Assembly: GCA_050250255.1 (NCBI GenBank)
Contig: JBFWOZ010000004.1
Span: forward strand, 1 to 64,000
Direction of reading: 5' to 3'
Origin: Bdellovibrionales bacterium
Lineage (GTDB): Bacteria > Bdellovibrionota > Bdellovibrionia > Bdellovibrionales > DASUEL01
Length of the DNA: 64,000 bases
This document shows positions 49,966-58,068 of this stretch, piece by piece. The notes under the pieces are model-generated. The model was given only the letters and a program-made list of their open reading frames with translations, did not search any database and was not told where the DNA came from. The stretch's first letter is position 1, and the number at the start of each line of letters is the position of its first letter. The position numbers and the translations under genes were made by a program.

Positions 49966-50161
49966 TTGAAGATCTCTTGTGGGTGGCTTTTTAAGCATTA
50001 GCATGGAAGGTGCTTTGAGGGCTGCGGCGCCTTCTTTGCGGTTCGAAATTCTACGTTTACACGAACAGTCCTCAGGTTAAAAGCATTGGAATTGCGACCA
50101 TCAGTTTTAAAACTCATTTACTTCTCTTCCTCTTTTTGAATTATTTTTATACTACTAAGCA

Positions 50162-50226
50162 TGCAGCATTAGATGCTGCAGTTTGCAGCGCGAACTGTAG
50201 CGCTTATGGGGGTTCGTGTGTATATT
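50162..50226 (+). promoter_or_regulatory. Four phased TG(C/T)(A/T)GC(A/G) heptamers plus extended -10 for the DUF4423 gene
   Basis: TGCAGCA 50162, TGCTGCA 50174, TGCAGCG 50184, TGTAGCG 50196; TGTG-TATATT 6 nt before ATG 50233. Confidence 0.55.
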
Positions 50227-50232
50227 CCGCCC

Positions 50233-51060
50233 ATGACATCAGACACAACCCAAATTCAGGTAGAGGATTTTCGATTTCTTCTCCAGCAAGAGCTCTTGAA
50301 GAGAACAACTAAAAATCCAAAGTACTCCATGCGCGCTTTTGCTCTTCATTTGGGAGTTAGCTCTCCTGTTTTGTCACATCTATTGGCTGGCCGAAGACCT
50401 TTGACTGAAAAACTAATTTTTAAATTTAGCCAATCCCTGGGACTTCCTCCAAATCATGTTCATTTTTATATTTCAATGCTGCAAAAAAATACTTCTTCAT
50501 CAGGTAAAGAGGCTATGCCCTTTTCCACATTGTCTCTTGATACATTTCATGTGATTTCTGATTGGTATCACGACGCCATTCTTGAGCTCACCCACATTCC
50601 TCATTTTCAACCAAAACACAAATGGATTGCCCGAGCGCTTGGAATTTCAGTTAACGAAGTGAGTGTAGCTGTAGAGCGTCTTGTACGCCTAAAATTGTTG
50701 TCAGTAGATCAAAATAATAAATGGCAAGACAACTCTAGGGACAACACCACTCAAGCACATCCTGACATCAGTTCTGTTGCCTTAAGAAAATATCAAGAAA
50801 AAATTCTTGAGCTTTCGCTGGAGTCACTTCGTAATGTTCCTAAATCTCAGAGAGATCATACTTCAACTATGACAGCTATCGATAGCTCCGATCTTGATGA
50901 AATAAAAAATCGCATTAAGAGATTTCGAAAAGAATTAAGTGATTTTCTGCAAAGAGATGGCATAAAGCCTAATCAAATTTATCAACTTTCTGTTTCTTAT
51001 TTTCCATTAACCAAAATTGAACAAGAAAACCCAGGAGAACAAAATGAATACATTGGTTAA
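50233..51060 (+). CDS. TIGR02147/DUF4423-family HTH protein
   Basis: KNPKYSMRAFALHLGVS HTH, ISDWYHDAILEL, WIARALG, RDHTSTM, IYQLSVSYFPL. Confidence 0.88.
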   Translation: MTSDTTQIQVEDFRFLLQQELLKRTTKNPKYSMRAFALHLGVSSPVLSHLLAGRRPLTEKLIFKFSQSLGLPPNHVHFYISMLQKNTSSSGKEAMPFSTLSLDTFHVISDWYHDAILELTHIPHFQPKHKWIARALGISVNEVSVAVERLVRLKLLSVDQNNKWQDNSRDNTTQAHPDISSVALRKYQEKILELSLESLRNVPKSQRDHTSTMTAIDSSDLDEIKNRIKRFRKELSDFLQRDGIKPNQIYQLSVSYFPLTKIEQENPGEQNEYIG

Positions 51061-51628
51061 GCTGCTAAGTCTTGCGATCATATTTACCAGCATAGTTCCC
51101 GTTCATGCTCAAAGAAGTAAGGATCGAGGTGGACAACTTATTAAGAATCCAATACCAAATCTCCGATTTGAATATAACTGTAACCTCAACTGGATGAACT
51201 TAGAACCCACCTTAAAGGGATTTGCAGTGGGACAGACAAGCTTTAAACTTAGCAATTCAATTCACGAAGTAAGCTCTGAAGATTTCATGTGGCGCTATGG
51301 ATATACATCTTCGCCTGTCTATCGCGACGATATGAAAGTTCAGTGGAGTGAGACTGGTAACCCATTACAAAATTTGAGGCTATTTTCAGCAAGTGTATTT
51401 ATTCATCAACTACAAGAGACAACTACAAACGTAATAGATCTTCAAAACTTCGCTGTAGATCTCACTTTACTTTTTCTTGTTCAGCGCGGCTCCACAGTGC
51501 TCCAGGTACGAAGTGGAACTAGAGGCTCCTTGGCTGATTTAGTTTTAAGAGCTATTGTGGGTGTTGACTCGTTTGAGTCTAACCAGCGACAAGGATCTTA
51601 TTCTTTCAATCTAATTTGTAAACAGTAG
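51044..51628 (+). CDS. Hypothetical secreted protein
   Basis: RBS AGGAG within the end of the DUF4423 gene; signal peptide ending PVHA; Cys near N- and C-termini. Confidence 0.8.
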   Translation: MNTLVKLLSLAIIFTSIVPVHAQRSKDRGGQLIKNPIPNLRFEYNCNLNWMNLEPTLKGFAVGQTSFKLSNSIHEVSSEDFMWRYGYTSSPVYRDDMKVQWSETGNPLQNLRLFSASVFIHQLQETTTNVIDLQNFAVDLTLLFLVQRGSTVLQVRSGTRGSLADLVLRAIVGVDSFESNQRQGSYSFNLICKQ

Positions 51629-51661
51629 TTCTAAAAACAATAACAAGTGAATGGAAAATGT

Positions 51662-52180
51662 ATGTTCAAAATTAACTTAGGCATCCTAACAACTCTTTGT
51701 TTGCTTACAGTAAGCGCAAAGGCTGACAAATATGGAGATCTTGAAAAACTTTATCAAACTGGAAGTCTACCTAGCTACGCTTCCATTGCAAACGGTTACA
51801 GTGGCCGTTGTTACTTAGTTGGTAATAATGTCGGTGCCGGTGCATTATCATTTGGACTGTTTTCGAATGGTGCTCAAAAAGCTGTATTTTATTCTGAAAA
51901 AAGCTTGGCCCCTGATTACTTTGATGTCCTGACCATTGAAACGGTTGAACTTGTTAGAAGACTCACGGTCTCTATTTACCCATACAACAGCCAGACTATG
52001 AACAATAGTATTTATAGCGAGAGTGCTCTCTACAACACAGCAATGGGAGAAATTGTCACAAGGGCTTGGTGGAGAATGACGAGCGAAGGATTTGTAACCA
52101 AAGTGGAAGATACTATTAAAAATATTTCTGGATCAACGACTCAGAAATTCTTTTGTCAGTTTATAAAAAGAATTAACTAA
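51662..52180 (+). CDS. Hypothetical secreted protein
   Basis: Signal peptide ending SAKA; two mature-chain Cys (GRCY, FFCQF). Confidence 0.8.
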   Translation: MFKINLGILTTLCLLTVSAKADKYGDLEKLYQTGSLPSYASIANGYSGRCYLVGNNVGAGALSFGLFSNGAQKAVFYSEKSLAPDYFDVLTIETVELVRRLTVSIYPYNSQTMNNSIYSESALYNTAMGEIVTRAWWRMTSEGFVTKVEDTIKNISGSTTQKFFCQFIKRIN

Positions 52181-52235
52181 ATATATTTTAAAACTATGAA
52201 TTTTGTCGTCGAGATACACTTGATGAGGAGTAAAT

Positions 52236-52769
52236 GTGAAAATTATGATTGTAGTTCTTTTAAGTGTTTTTATTCATCTGTCTTACGCCTCTGCCGAGAG
52301 TGGAAGCTTTCGTTGCATTGACGAAATTGATCAACCTGGTGAAGTTGGCAAGTCTCTCGAACTAAGGGTGGAAAAGGGATGGGGAGATGCATCGATGGTT
52401 TTCATAACACCCTCAATCCTCGGGTCAACTGAGCTTGTTGAATTGTTTCGAATTCTAGAACCTGACCCTTACCCGCGTGATGCGTCCTTACGTTTTGACG
52501 GAGGTCTGGAAAACTCTGACTGCCAAATTACTTCTGATAGTAACGGTGAAATTCTAGGCTTTACTTGTGACTATCGACTTCGCGGAGCTGGCTTCTTTAA
52601 TTTAGTTCCTGGCAATGGAGTCGATATTGCGAATGTACTCGTTCGTGGGGAAAAGGTTAATAATTCAATGGTAATTACTCACGATATGGTTTTTACAAAA
52701 ATCGATGACACCGCCTCGCAACCTCTTACATTTGTGTTTAGAAGCATGAACAAGTGTATCCTTCTATAA
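52236..52769 (+). CDS. Hypothetical secreted protein
   Basis: RBS GAGGAG, signal peptide ending YASA, four Cys. Confidence 0.8.
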   Translation: MKIMIVVLLSVFIHLSYASAESGSFRCIDEIDQPGEVGKSLELRVEKGWGDASMVFITPSILGSTELVELFRILEPDPYPRDASLRFDGGLENSDCQITSDSNGEILGFTCDYRLRGAGFFNLVPGNGVDIANVLVRGEKVNNSMVITHDMVFTKIDDTASQPLTFVFRSMNKCILL

Positions 52770-52826
52770 ATAATGGACGCTGAGTAGGCAATTTAGAAAA
52801 TACTAATTAAGGATATGGAAGATATT

Positions 52827-53573
52827 ATGAGAACTTTAGGAATATTAATTTCAGTTTTGGTCGCTTCAACTAGTTTTGCAGGTAACTTTCAGAAAATAAA
52901 AGAGATTCCAAATCGCGATCCAATTTTATTTGGACCCGGTTGCGCAACTCCAGGTCAACATGCTCCAAAACTGCAATTTGACCCTCGTCTTCAAAATGGG
53001 TCGGTTCATGAATATAAGTATGTCCAGACGGATGCTTCGGGATTATTTAAATCTGCTAACTATGTAGTGACAGCCCAAAATATTTCATTGCAGAAGCTTG
53101 AAGAAAATTACAATTTAATATCGGTAAAGGGTATTAATTATAGCGGTCAAACTTCAGGTTCGGCAACGTGTTGGATGAATGAGAGTAACACATGCCAGTT
53201 TATTCCTTCAGCTTCGAATGAATTTGCAATGTTAGTTTGGGATCATGACTACATTTTTAGGCCGGAGTTTTGCACAGTTACTAATACCCTTAGTTACACT
53301 TTGAAAACGTTTAAGGGAGTTTACATGTTCCCTAGTGGAAAAACTGTGGAGGCATTCCAAATTATTCAAAATACAAATGCTGAAATTTTCTGCCTTGATG
53401 GATACATCGGCGTGGCGTCCGAAATATATTCTGAAGTTGTATCTAACGTAGTACCCAGTCGTCCTAAGGATCGAAACTTTTGCGGCGGAGTAAAACTCCT
53501 TACTTCGACTGAAATCAAGGTTGGCAGTAATTCGAAGTCTCATAAATCTTTAGAGCTTCTCTCTCAAAGATAG
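52827..53573 (+). CDS. Hypothetical secreted beta-rich protein
   Basis: Signal peptide ending TSFA, six Cys. Confidence 0.8.
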   Translation: MRTLGILISVLVASTSFAGNFQKIKEIPNRDPILFGPGCATPGQHAPKLQFDPRLQNGSVHEYKYVQTDASGLFKSANYVVTAQNISLQKLEENYNLISVKGINYSGQTSGSATCWMNESNTCQFIPSASNEFAMLVWDHDYIFRPEFCTVTNTLSYTLKTFKGVYMFPSGKTVEAFQIIQNTNAEIFCLDGYIGVASEIYSEVVSNVVPSRPKDRNFCGGVKLLTSTEIKVGSNSKSHKSLELLSQR

Positions 53574-53610
53574 GTTGCTTGGGTTCATAAAACACTAGTT
53601 TGAAACAAAA

Positions 53611-53635
53611 ATGGCGCTCAAGATCTCGAGCGCCA
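53611..53635 (+). other. Hairpin after the DUF4423-linked gene run
   Basis: TGGCGCTC/GAGCGCCA stem, no U tract on the plus strand. Confidence 0.45.
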
Positions 53636-53901
53636 GATGATTCTACTAAGCTAAAACATTTCTCATGATCTCAAAAGCTCACCTTTCTTGGCTAGCTTGA
53701 ATAAAACACAGTGTTAACTGTGTAATTCATAAAGGCTGTTTATTGTTCTGTCTTGAGCGTAGGTAACATTTTTATCGGGCGGTCTTCGTTAGAGACTTTA
53801 AATCGAAATTTAGTGATCATTCGGCCAAGTTCATAATTGTTGCCACGGATATAGTTTATTTGCATGAAATGGGGTACAGGATTACCAGGAGGAACTTTTA
53901 T

Positions 53902-54420
53902 ATGAGATTCGTCTTAGGATTTATTCTTCTGGCTTTACAGGTGAATGCAAGCGGGGCCGAATTCTCTTTCGACTCCACATCATACAAGTGTTTGAACATA
54001 AACGACGAAGTAGGGTTAAATACTTATGACCAAGCCACACTCCCTATACCCTGTACTGACTTTCGCGGAAAAGCGTTGGTTTATAAGACCTGGGACAATT
54101 TAGATCTGAGGGGCTCTCGTTTTGGCAGCAACATTACTTATGGCAATGCTTTAGAGATAACGAACTCAGATCTTCGATATGCCACATTTGAAGCCTTAGC
54201 GCCTGGTCAAGGCTTCTCGCTCGAGGGGTCAGACCTCAGAGGGACTGATTTGAGCACAGTGGAAACCCGCTTTGTTAATCCAGGGAGTGGAACTCCACCC
54301 GAAATAATTATTCGATTGAATGGATGTCAGTTCGATTCTTCAACAAAGCTTCCGAAGCTCGATGGAGCAGCGATTAGCCAGAAACAGGCAATCTCTTGTT
54401 TTGGAATGATTCAACTCTAA
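53902..54420 (+). CDS. Secreted pentapeptide-repeat protein
   Basis: RBS AGGAGG, signal peptide; LDLRG SRF, SDLRY ATF, SDLRG TDLS, FDSSTKLP. Confidence 0.75.
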   Translation: MRFVLGFILLALQVNASGAEFSFDSTSYKCLNINDEVGLNTYDQATLPIPCTDFRGKALVYKTWDNLDLRGSRFGSNITYGNALEITNSDLRYATFEALAPGQGFSLEGSDLRGTDLSTVETRFVNPGSGTPPEIIIRLNGCQFDSSTKLPKLDGAAISQKQAISCFGMIQL

Positions 54421-54492
54421 ACAAAACAAAATATCAATTGAATTAGCTACGTTTATAAATACGCGACCACGAATTTCGGAAGCGCTTTTTAG

Positions 54493-54508
54493 TGGTATAT
54501 TTGTTGCT
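54493..54508 (+). promoter_or_regulatory. sigma54-type promoter
   Basis: TGGTATATTTGTTGCT (GG-N10-GC) upstream of ATG 54534. Confidence 0.6.
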
Positions 54509-54533
54509 CATGATCTCTCGGTAAGAGGTCGAA

Positions 54534-55772
54534 ATGGCGAAATCAATTCTGTCAATTTTCTTGTTCATCGGAATGACTATGTCATCGACAGCTGTTTTCC
54601 CAATTTTGGCAGATGCAGCAGGTGGATCTGGCTGGATACAGCTGGCGGCTCAGGGTAAGGATCGAAAGGCCGCAGCAGACCTCGCCGAGTTCAATGGAAC
54701 TCTTTCTTCCAAAACTGATCCTGCTTTTAAAAATATGCTTGTCGAAACTGCAGCGGCTCTCGAACAAGGAATGTCAATCGCTCCTAATGATGCCAAAATC
54801 ACTCTATTTCGAGGAATAGATTTAATTAAGGATCAATTATCAGACTATAATTACGGTTCAAATCGAAGGCCCTTTTTTGCGGCTCGACTTTTTCGCGGTG
54901 GAGAACGGAATGGTACATTAAGGACAACTGGATTGCGAAAAATATCAGAAATCGGAGTTTTCGAAGCAAGTTCAAGGCACGCTCAAAATGCATATAAGTT
55001 TCAGAATACTCCTTTTATTTCGACATCCTTTAGCTTTGACGTAGCTGCTGCAAGTTCCGCTGTTTTAGTACTTCGGGTTGCTCCACAAAGGGTGTTAGTG
55101 GCAGCTTCTACGAGAGGTGAGTATGAGGTGCAATTACCCTTTTTTATCCATCCGAGTGAAATCGTCGGTGTGCTTGAGAAGGTAGACTATGAGGAAGCAG
55201 GATCTCGAGAATTGAGTGAATATAAACTAACAAAAATTTATAATGATCTTGAGGGGATGTCAGATAGAGAAGCCCAAAACCAAATCCAAAGTTGGGCACG
55301 AGAAAATCAACGAATTCTAAAACCTCTTGGCAGCCGTAATGACTTTGGAATACCTTTTGATGACCTTGTCCGGAAGAAGTTGAAAAACCCTCTTGTAAAA
55401 GTTCTTAGGGAGGAATCTCCCACTCGCGCTGAAATTGAGGCCATGGTCAAAGATATGAACTTGTTGCGCTCAAATTTCCGAAAGGCTCTCAAAGGGTATC
55501 AAGGTCAAGTTGATAGAAATTGGGGAACTAAGTTTATCAATGGTCTCATACCCTACGGAAAAACGGATATTAAGATTCAGGAATTCCTTGTTGATTTAGC
55601 GAATGATCGAAAATTTGATTCGTTACCTTACGACTGGTCTGACACGGCTCTCGAAGCACTACGAGTGATTTACAAAGGCGATAGAACTGCGTTGCGTGTA
55701 CTTCGCCGATCAGAAGCTATCATTCCAAATCCTCCGTTCGGTGTAAATAAATCCTGTAAGATGTTATTTTAA
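54534..55772 (+). CDS. Secreted R-S-E class ADP-ribosyltransferase-like protein
   Basis: Signal peptide; TLFRG, PFISTS, GEYEV in ART order; ends SCKMLF. Confidence 0.7.
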   Translation: MAKSILSIFLFIGMTMSSTAVFPILADAAGGSGWIQLAAQGKDRKAAADLAEFNGTLSSKTDPAFKNMLVETAAALEQGMSIAPNDAKITLFRGIDLIKDQLSDYNYGSNRRPFFAARLFRGGERNGTLRTTGLRKISEIGVFEASSRHAQNAYKFQNTPFISTSFSFDVAAASSAVLVLRVAPQRVLVAASTRGEYEVQLPFFIHPSEIVGVLEKVDYEEAGSRELSEYKLTKIYNDLEGMSDREAQNQIQSWARENQRILKPLGSRNDFGIPFDDLVRKKLKNPLVKVLREESPTRAEIEAMVKDMNLLRSNFRKALKGYQGQVDRNWGTKFINGLIPYGKTDIKIQEFLVDLANDRKFDSLPYDWSDTALEALRVIYKGDRTALRVLRRSEAIIPNPPFGVNKSCKMLF

Positions 55773-56095
55773 AGTTAGTAAAGTAGAAATCCATATCTAG
55801 GTGGACGGATTTCAAACGATTCTGGCACATCAAAATCTGAAAGACAGTGTTATGCGGCCACACCAACTCAAGTGATTGAATTCAACTATTGGAAGTTATG
55901 GAGAATTTGATGGAATAAATGCTCTGCAGACTAATGTTCCATTCAAGTTTTTTAGAAAATTAGTGCGTTTTTCATGTCGGGACAAGATCATATTAACGCT
56001 GACCTGTGAGTCAAATTTTTCAGGCTCAAAAGAATGGCCATCATGCTCTTCATTTCCAGTCACTGTCTGACCAGGAGCTCACATAAATAACGTCT

Positions 56096-57355
56096 TCAAG
56101 TGAGGCTTTTCGCTTTTTCGGCGAGCCCTTGAATGACAGAGTGGAAGTTCTTGAATTGCTCAATCGTCGCCTTACCAAAACGAGCCTCGAGACCTCGAGT
56201 GATTTCGGGGACTTTTGCGGTTCCTCCCGTGCAGCAGACAAGATCAATATCAGAATTTTCAACACCAGCGGCTTTCACCGTTTCATCCATCGAAGCAAAT
56301 ATTTTTGCAATGTTCGCGGCACTCATTTGATGGAATTCGTCAGGCGTGAACTCAGTCTTAATTTCAATATCAGGATACGGAAAATCGAAAATGGCTTTCA
56401 GCCCTTGGCAGACATCACGCTTCAGAGTTTCAATCGATTCATAGATACGAAAGCCTAAGTTGTCTTCGATAAGCGTAAAAAGCCGATCGATTTTTTGTTT
56501 ATCCGTGTCGTTAAGAGCGGCTTTTTGAACGCTCTTTAAAAAACTCATCACCTCCACTTTGGTCATTAAAGCAATGTCGGGAGGAGAACCCAGTTTATAT
56601 TTTATATCCGCAGGCATCGTGAGAATGTTTGAACTGAGCGGCAAGCGGTACTTGGCTTCGCTCCCAAAGTAGGGAGCAATTTTTCCCGTCATAATGGAAC
56701 TATCAAGGGCATCACCCGCTACCGGAGTTCCACCCACAGCAAGAACATCTGAAGGTTTAAAAGGTTTCGGTCCGAGCTTCAACACCGTAAAGTCAGAAGT
56801 TCCTCCACCCAAATCCACAACGAGAACCATTTTCTCCTCTGTGAGATGTTTTCGAAATTCATGAGCTGCCGCCAAAGGCTCGGGATAGAATTCAATATGC
56901 TTAAAGCCGGCGAACCTGGCCGCTCGCTCAAGACGCTCTTGCGCCAAACGATCATCTTCGTCGTTAAGAGAGAAGCGGGCCGGTCGTCCCAAAATAACGG
57001 AATCAACATTTTGATCAAAATAAGTATCCGCGCGAGATTTCATTTCCCGCAAGAAGCGACCGATTAATTCTGAGAGTTCATAAAAATCAGAGCCCATCAT
57101 CGTTCCGCGAAAACTTTGTATCGGCAGAAACTTTTTAACAGAGCGAAATAGTCGCCCTTCCGCGCGCTTCTCATCGTAAGCCCGAATGGCGGCTTTGCCA
57201 AAGACCGCCCCTCCTTCATTGGGGAAGAACATGAGGCTACGAAAGACGGTTGGATCAGCGTTGTCCCTATCTAAAGGAATGGGATCAACGGATTTACCAT
57301 CTTTTACTGCCGCTAACAGAGAATTTGAAGTTCCATAATCGATGGCATAGATCAT
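56096..57355 (-). CDS. yegD: Hsp70-family protein (YegD-like)
   Basis: IDYGTSNS, ILGRPARF, EPLAAA, DLGGGTSDF, TGGTAKVP. Confidence 0.88.
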   Translation of the reverse strand: MIYAIDYGTSNSLLAAVKDGKSVDPIPLDRDNADPTVFRSLMFFPNEGGAVFGKAAIRAYDEKRAEGRLFRSVKKFLPIQSFRGTMMGSDFYELSELIGRFLREMKSRADTYFDQNVDSVILGRPARFSLNDEDDRLAQERLERAARFAGFKHIEFYPEPLAAAHEFRKHLTEEKMVLVVDLGGGTSDFTVLKLGPKPFKPSDVLAVGGTPVAGDALDSSIMTGKIAPYFGSEAKYRLPLSSNILTMPADIKYKLGSPPDIALMTKVEVMSFLKSVQKAALNDTDKQKIDRLFTLIEDNLGFRIYESIETLKRDVCQGLKAIFDFPYPDIEIKTEFTPDEFHQMSAANIAKIFASMDETVKAAGVENSDIDLVCCTGGTAKVPEITRGLEARFGKATIEQFKNFHSVIQGLAEKAKSLT

Positions 57356-57363
57356 TACTCTAT

Positions 57364-58014
57364 TTAGTTCTTCTTCACTTTTGATTCATCGACAGAAATT
57401 TGTATTTCTACACGACGATTTTTTGCACGGCCGTCAGTCGTTTTATTATCTGCAACCGGTTGTGAAGGTCCAAGACCCGCAAACGTTACGGTTCCTGCAG
57501 GAATACCCTGAGACACCATGTGAGTTTGTACGGCTTGCGCACGTTTTTCGCTTAACGTTTTGTTGATAGCAGTACTTCCCGTGCTATCTGTATGACCTGT
57601 TACGTGTAAAAGATCTTCGGGATATTTTTTGATGATTGCCGCAATTTGATTAAGGTTATTTATCGCATTTTGTTTTAATACTGCCGAGCCTGTGTCGAAA
57701 AGAATATCACCCTTGAGTTTGGTGATAATTCCATTTTCGGTGCGCTTCGTTTCAGCCAAAGCTTCTAATTCTTTAGCTTGTTTATCAAGGCGATTACCAA
57801 TGCTTCCACCAAGAAGAGCGCCTGCGGCCGCACCCCAAAGAGCACCTTTACCAGCGTTTCCTGTTTGATTACCAATGATCGCACCAAGACCCGCGCCGGC
57901 AGCAGCGCCGATACCTGCACCAGCCGCTGTTTTTTTCCCAGGACTTGTACAAGCGCCCGCTGCGAAAAGTGTAAACACAGAAAGTAGAATGGATTTTTGA
58001 AGTAGTTTAGACAT
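57364..58014 (-). CDS. OmpA-family lipoprotein with glycine zipper (YiaD-like)
   Basis: Lipobox AGAC, GAAAGAGLGAIIG, GHTDSTG, NRRVEI. Confidence 0.93.
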   Translation of the reverse strand: MSKLLQKSILLSVFTLFAAGACTSPGKKTAAGAGIGAAAGAGLGAIIGNQTGNAGKGALWGAAAGALLGGSIGNRLDKQAKELEALAETKRTENGIITKLKGDILFDTGSAVLKQNAINNLNQIAAIIKKYPEDLLHVTGHTDSTGSTAINKTLSEKRAQAVQTHMVSQGIPAGTVTFAGLGPSQPVADNKTTDGRAKNRRVEIQISVDESKVKKN

Positions 58015-58068
58015 GAGTTGCTCCTTTGCTAAAAAGCAATGGTAGCAACTCGTCAGGAAATACAAAAC

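Noticed and set aside
50036..50052. GGTTCGAA as a tRNA T-loop or att site
   Set aside because: No T-stem, acceptor stem or CCA; the bases fit the 5'-3' pairing of the small-ORF RNA.
53706..53723. Inverted repeat ACACAGT-gtta-ACTGTGT
   Set aside because: Short single occurrence with no clear promoter context.
50233..55772. Integron cassette array
   Set aside because: The genes are co-directional orphans, but the spacers lack RYYYAAC...GTTRRRY attC structures, several are too short, and no intI is present.
55876..56070. 64-aa plus-strand ORF and an overlapping ~55-codon minus-strand frame
   Set aside because: No RBS or motif; possibly a gene remnant, but unsupported.
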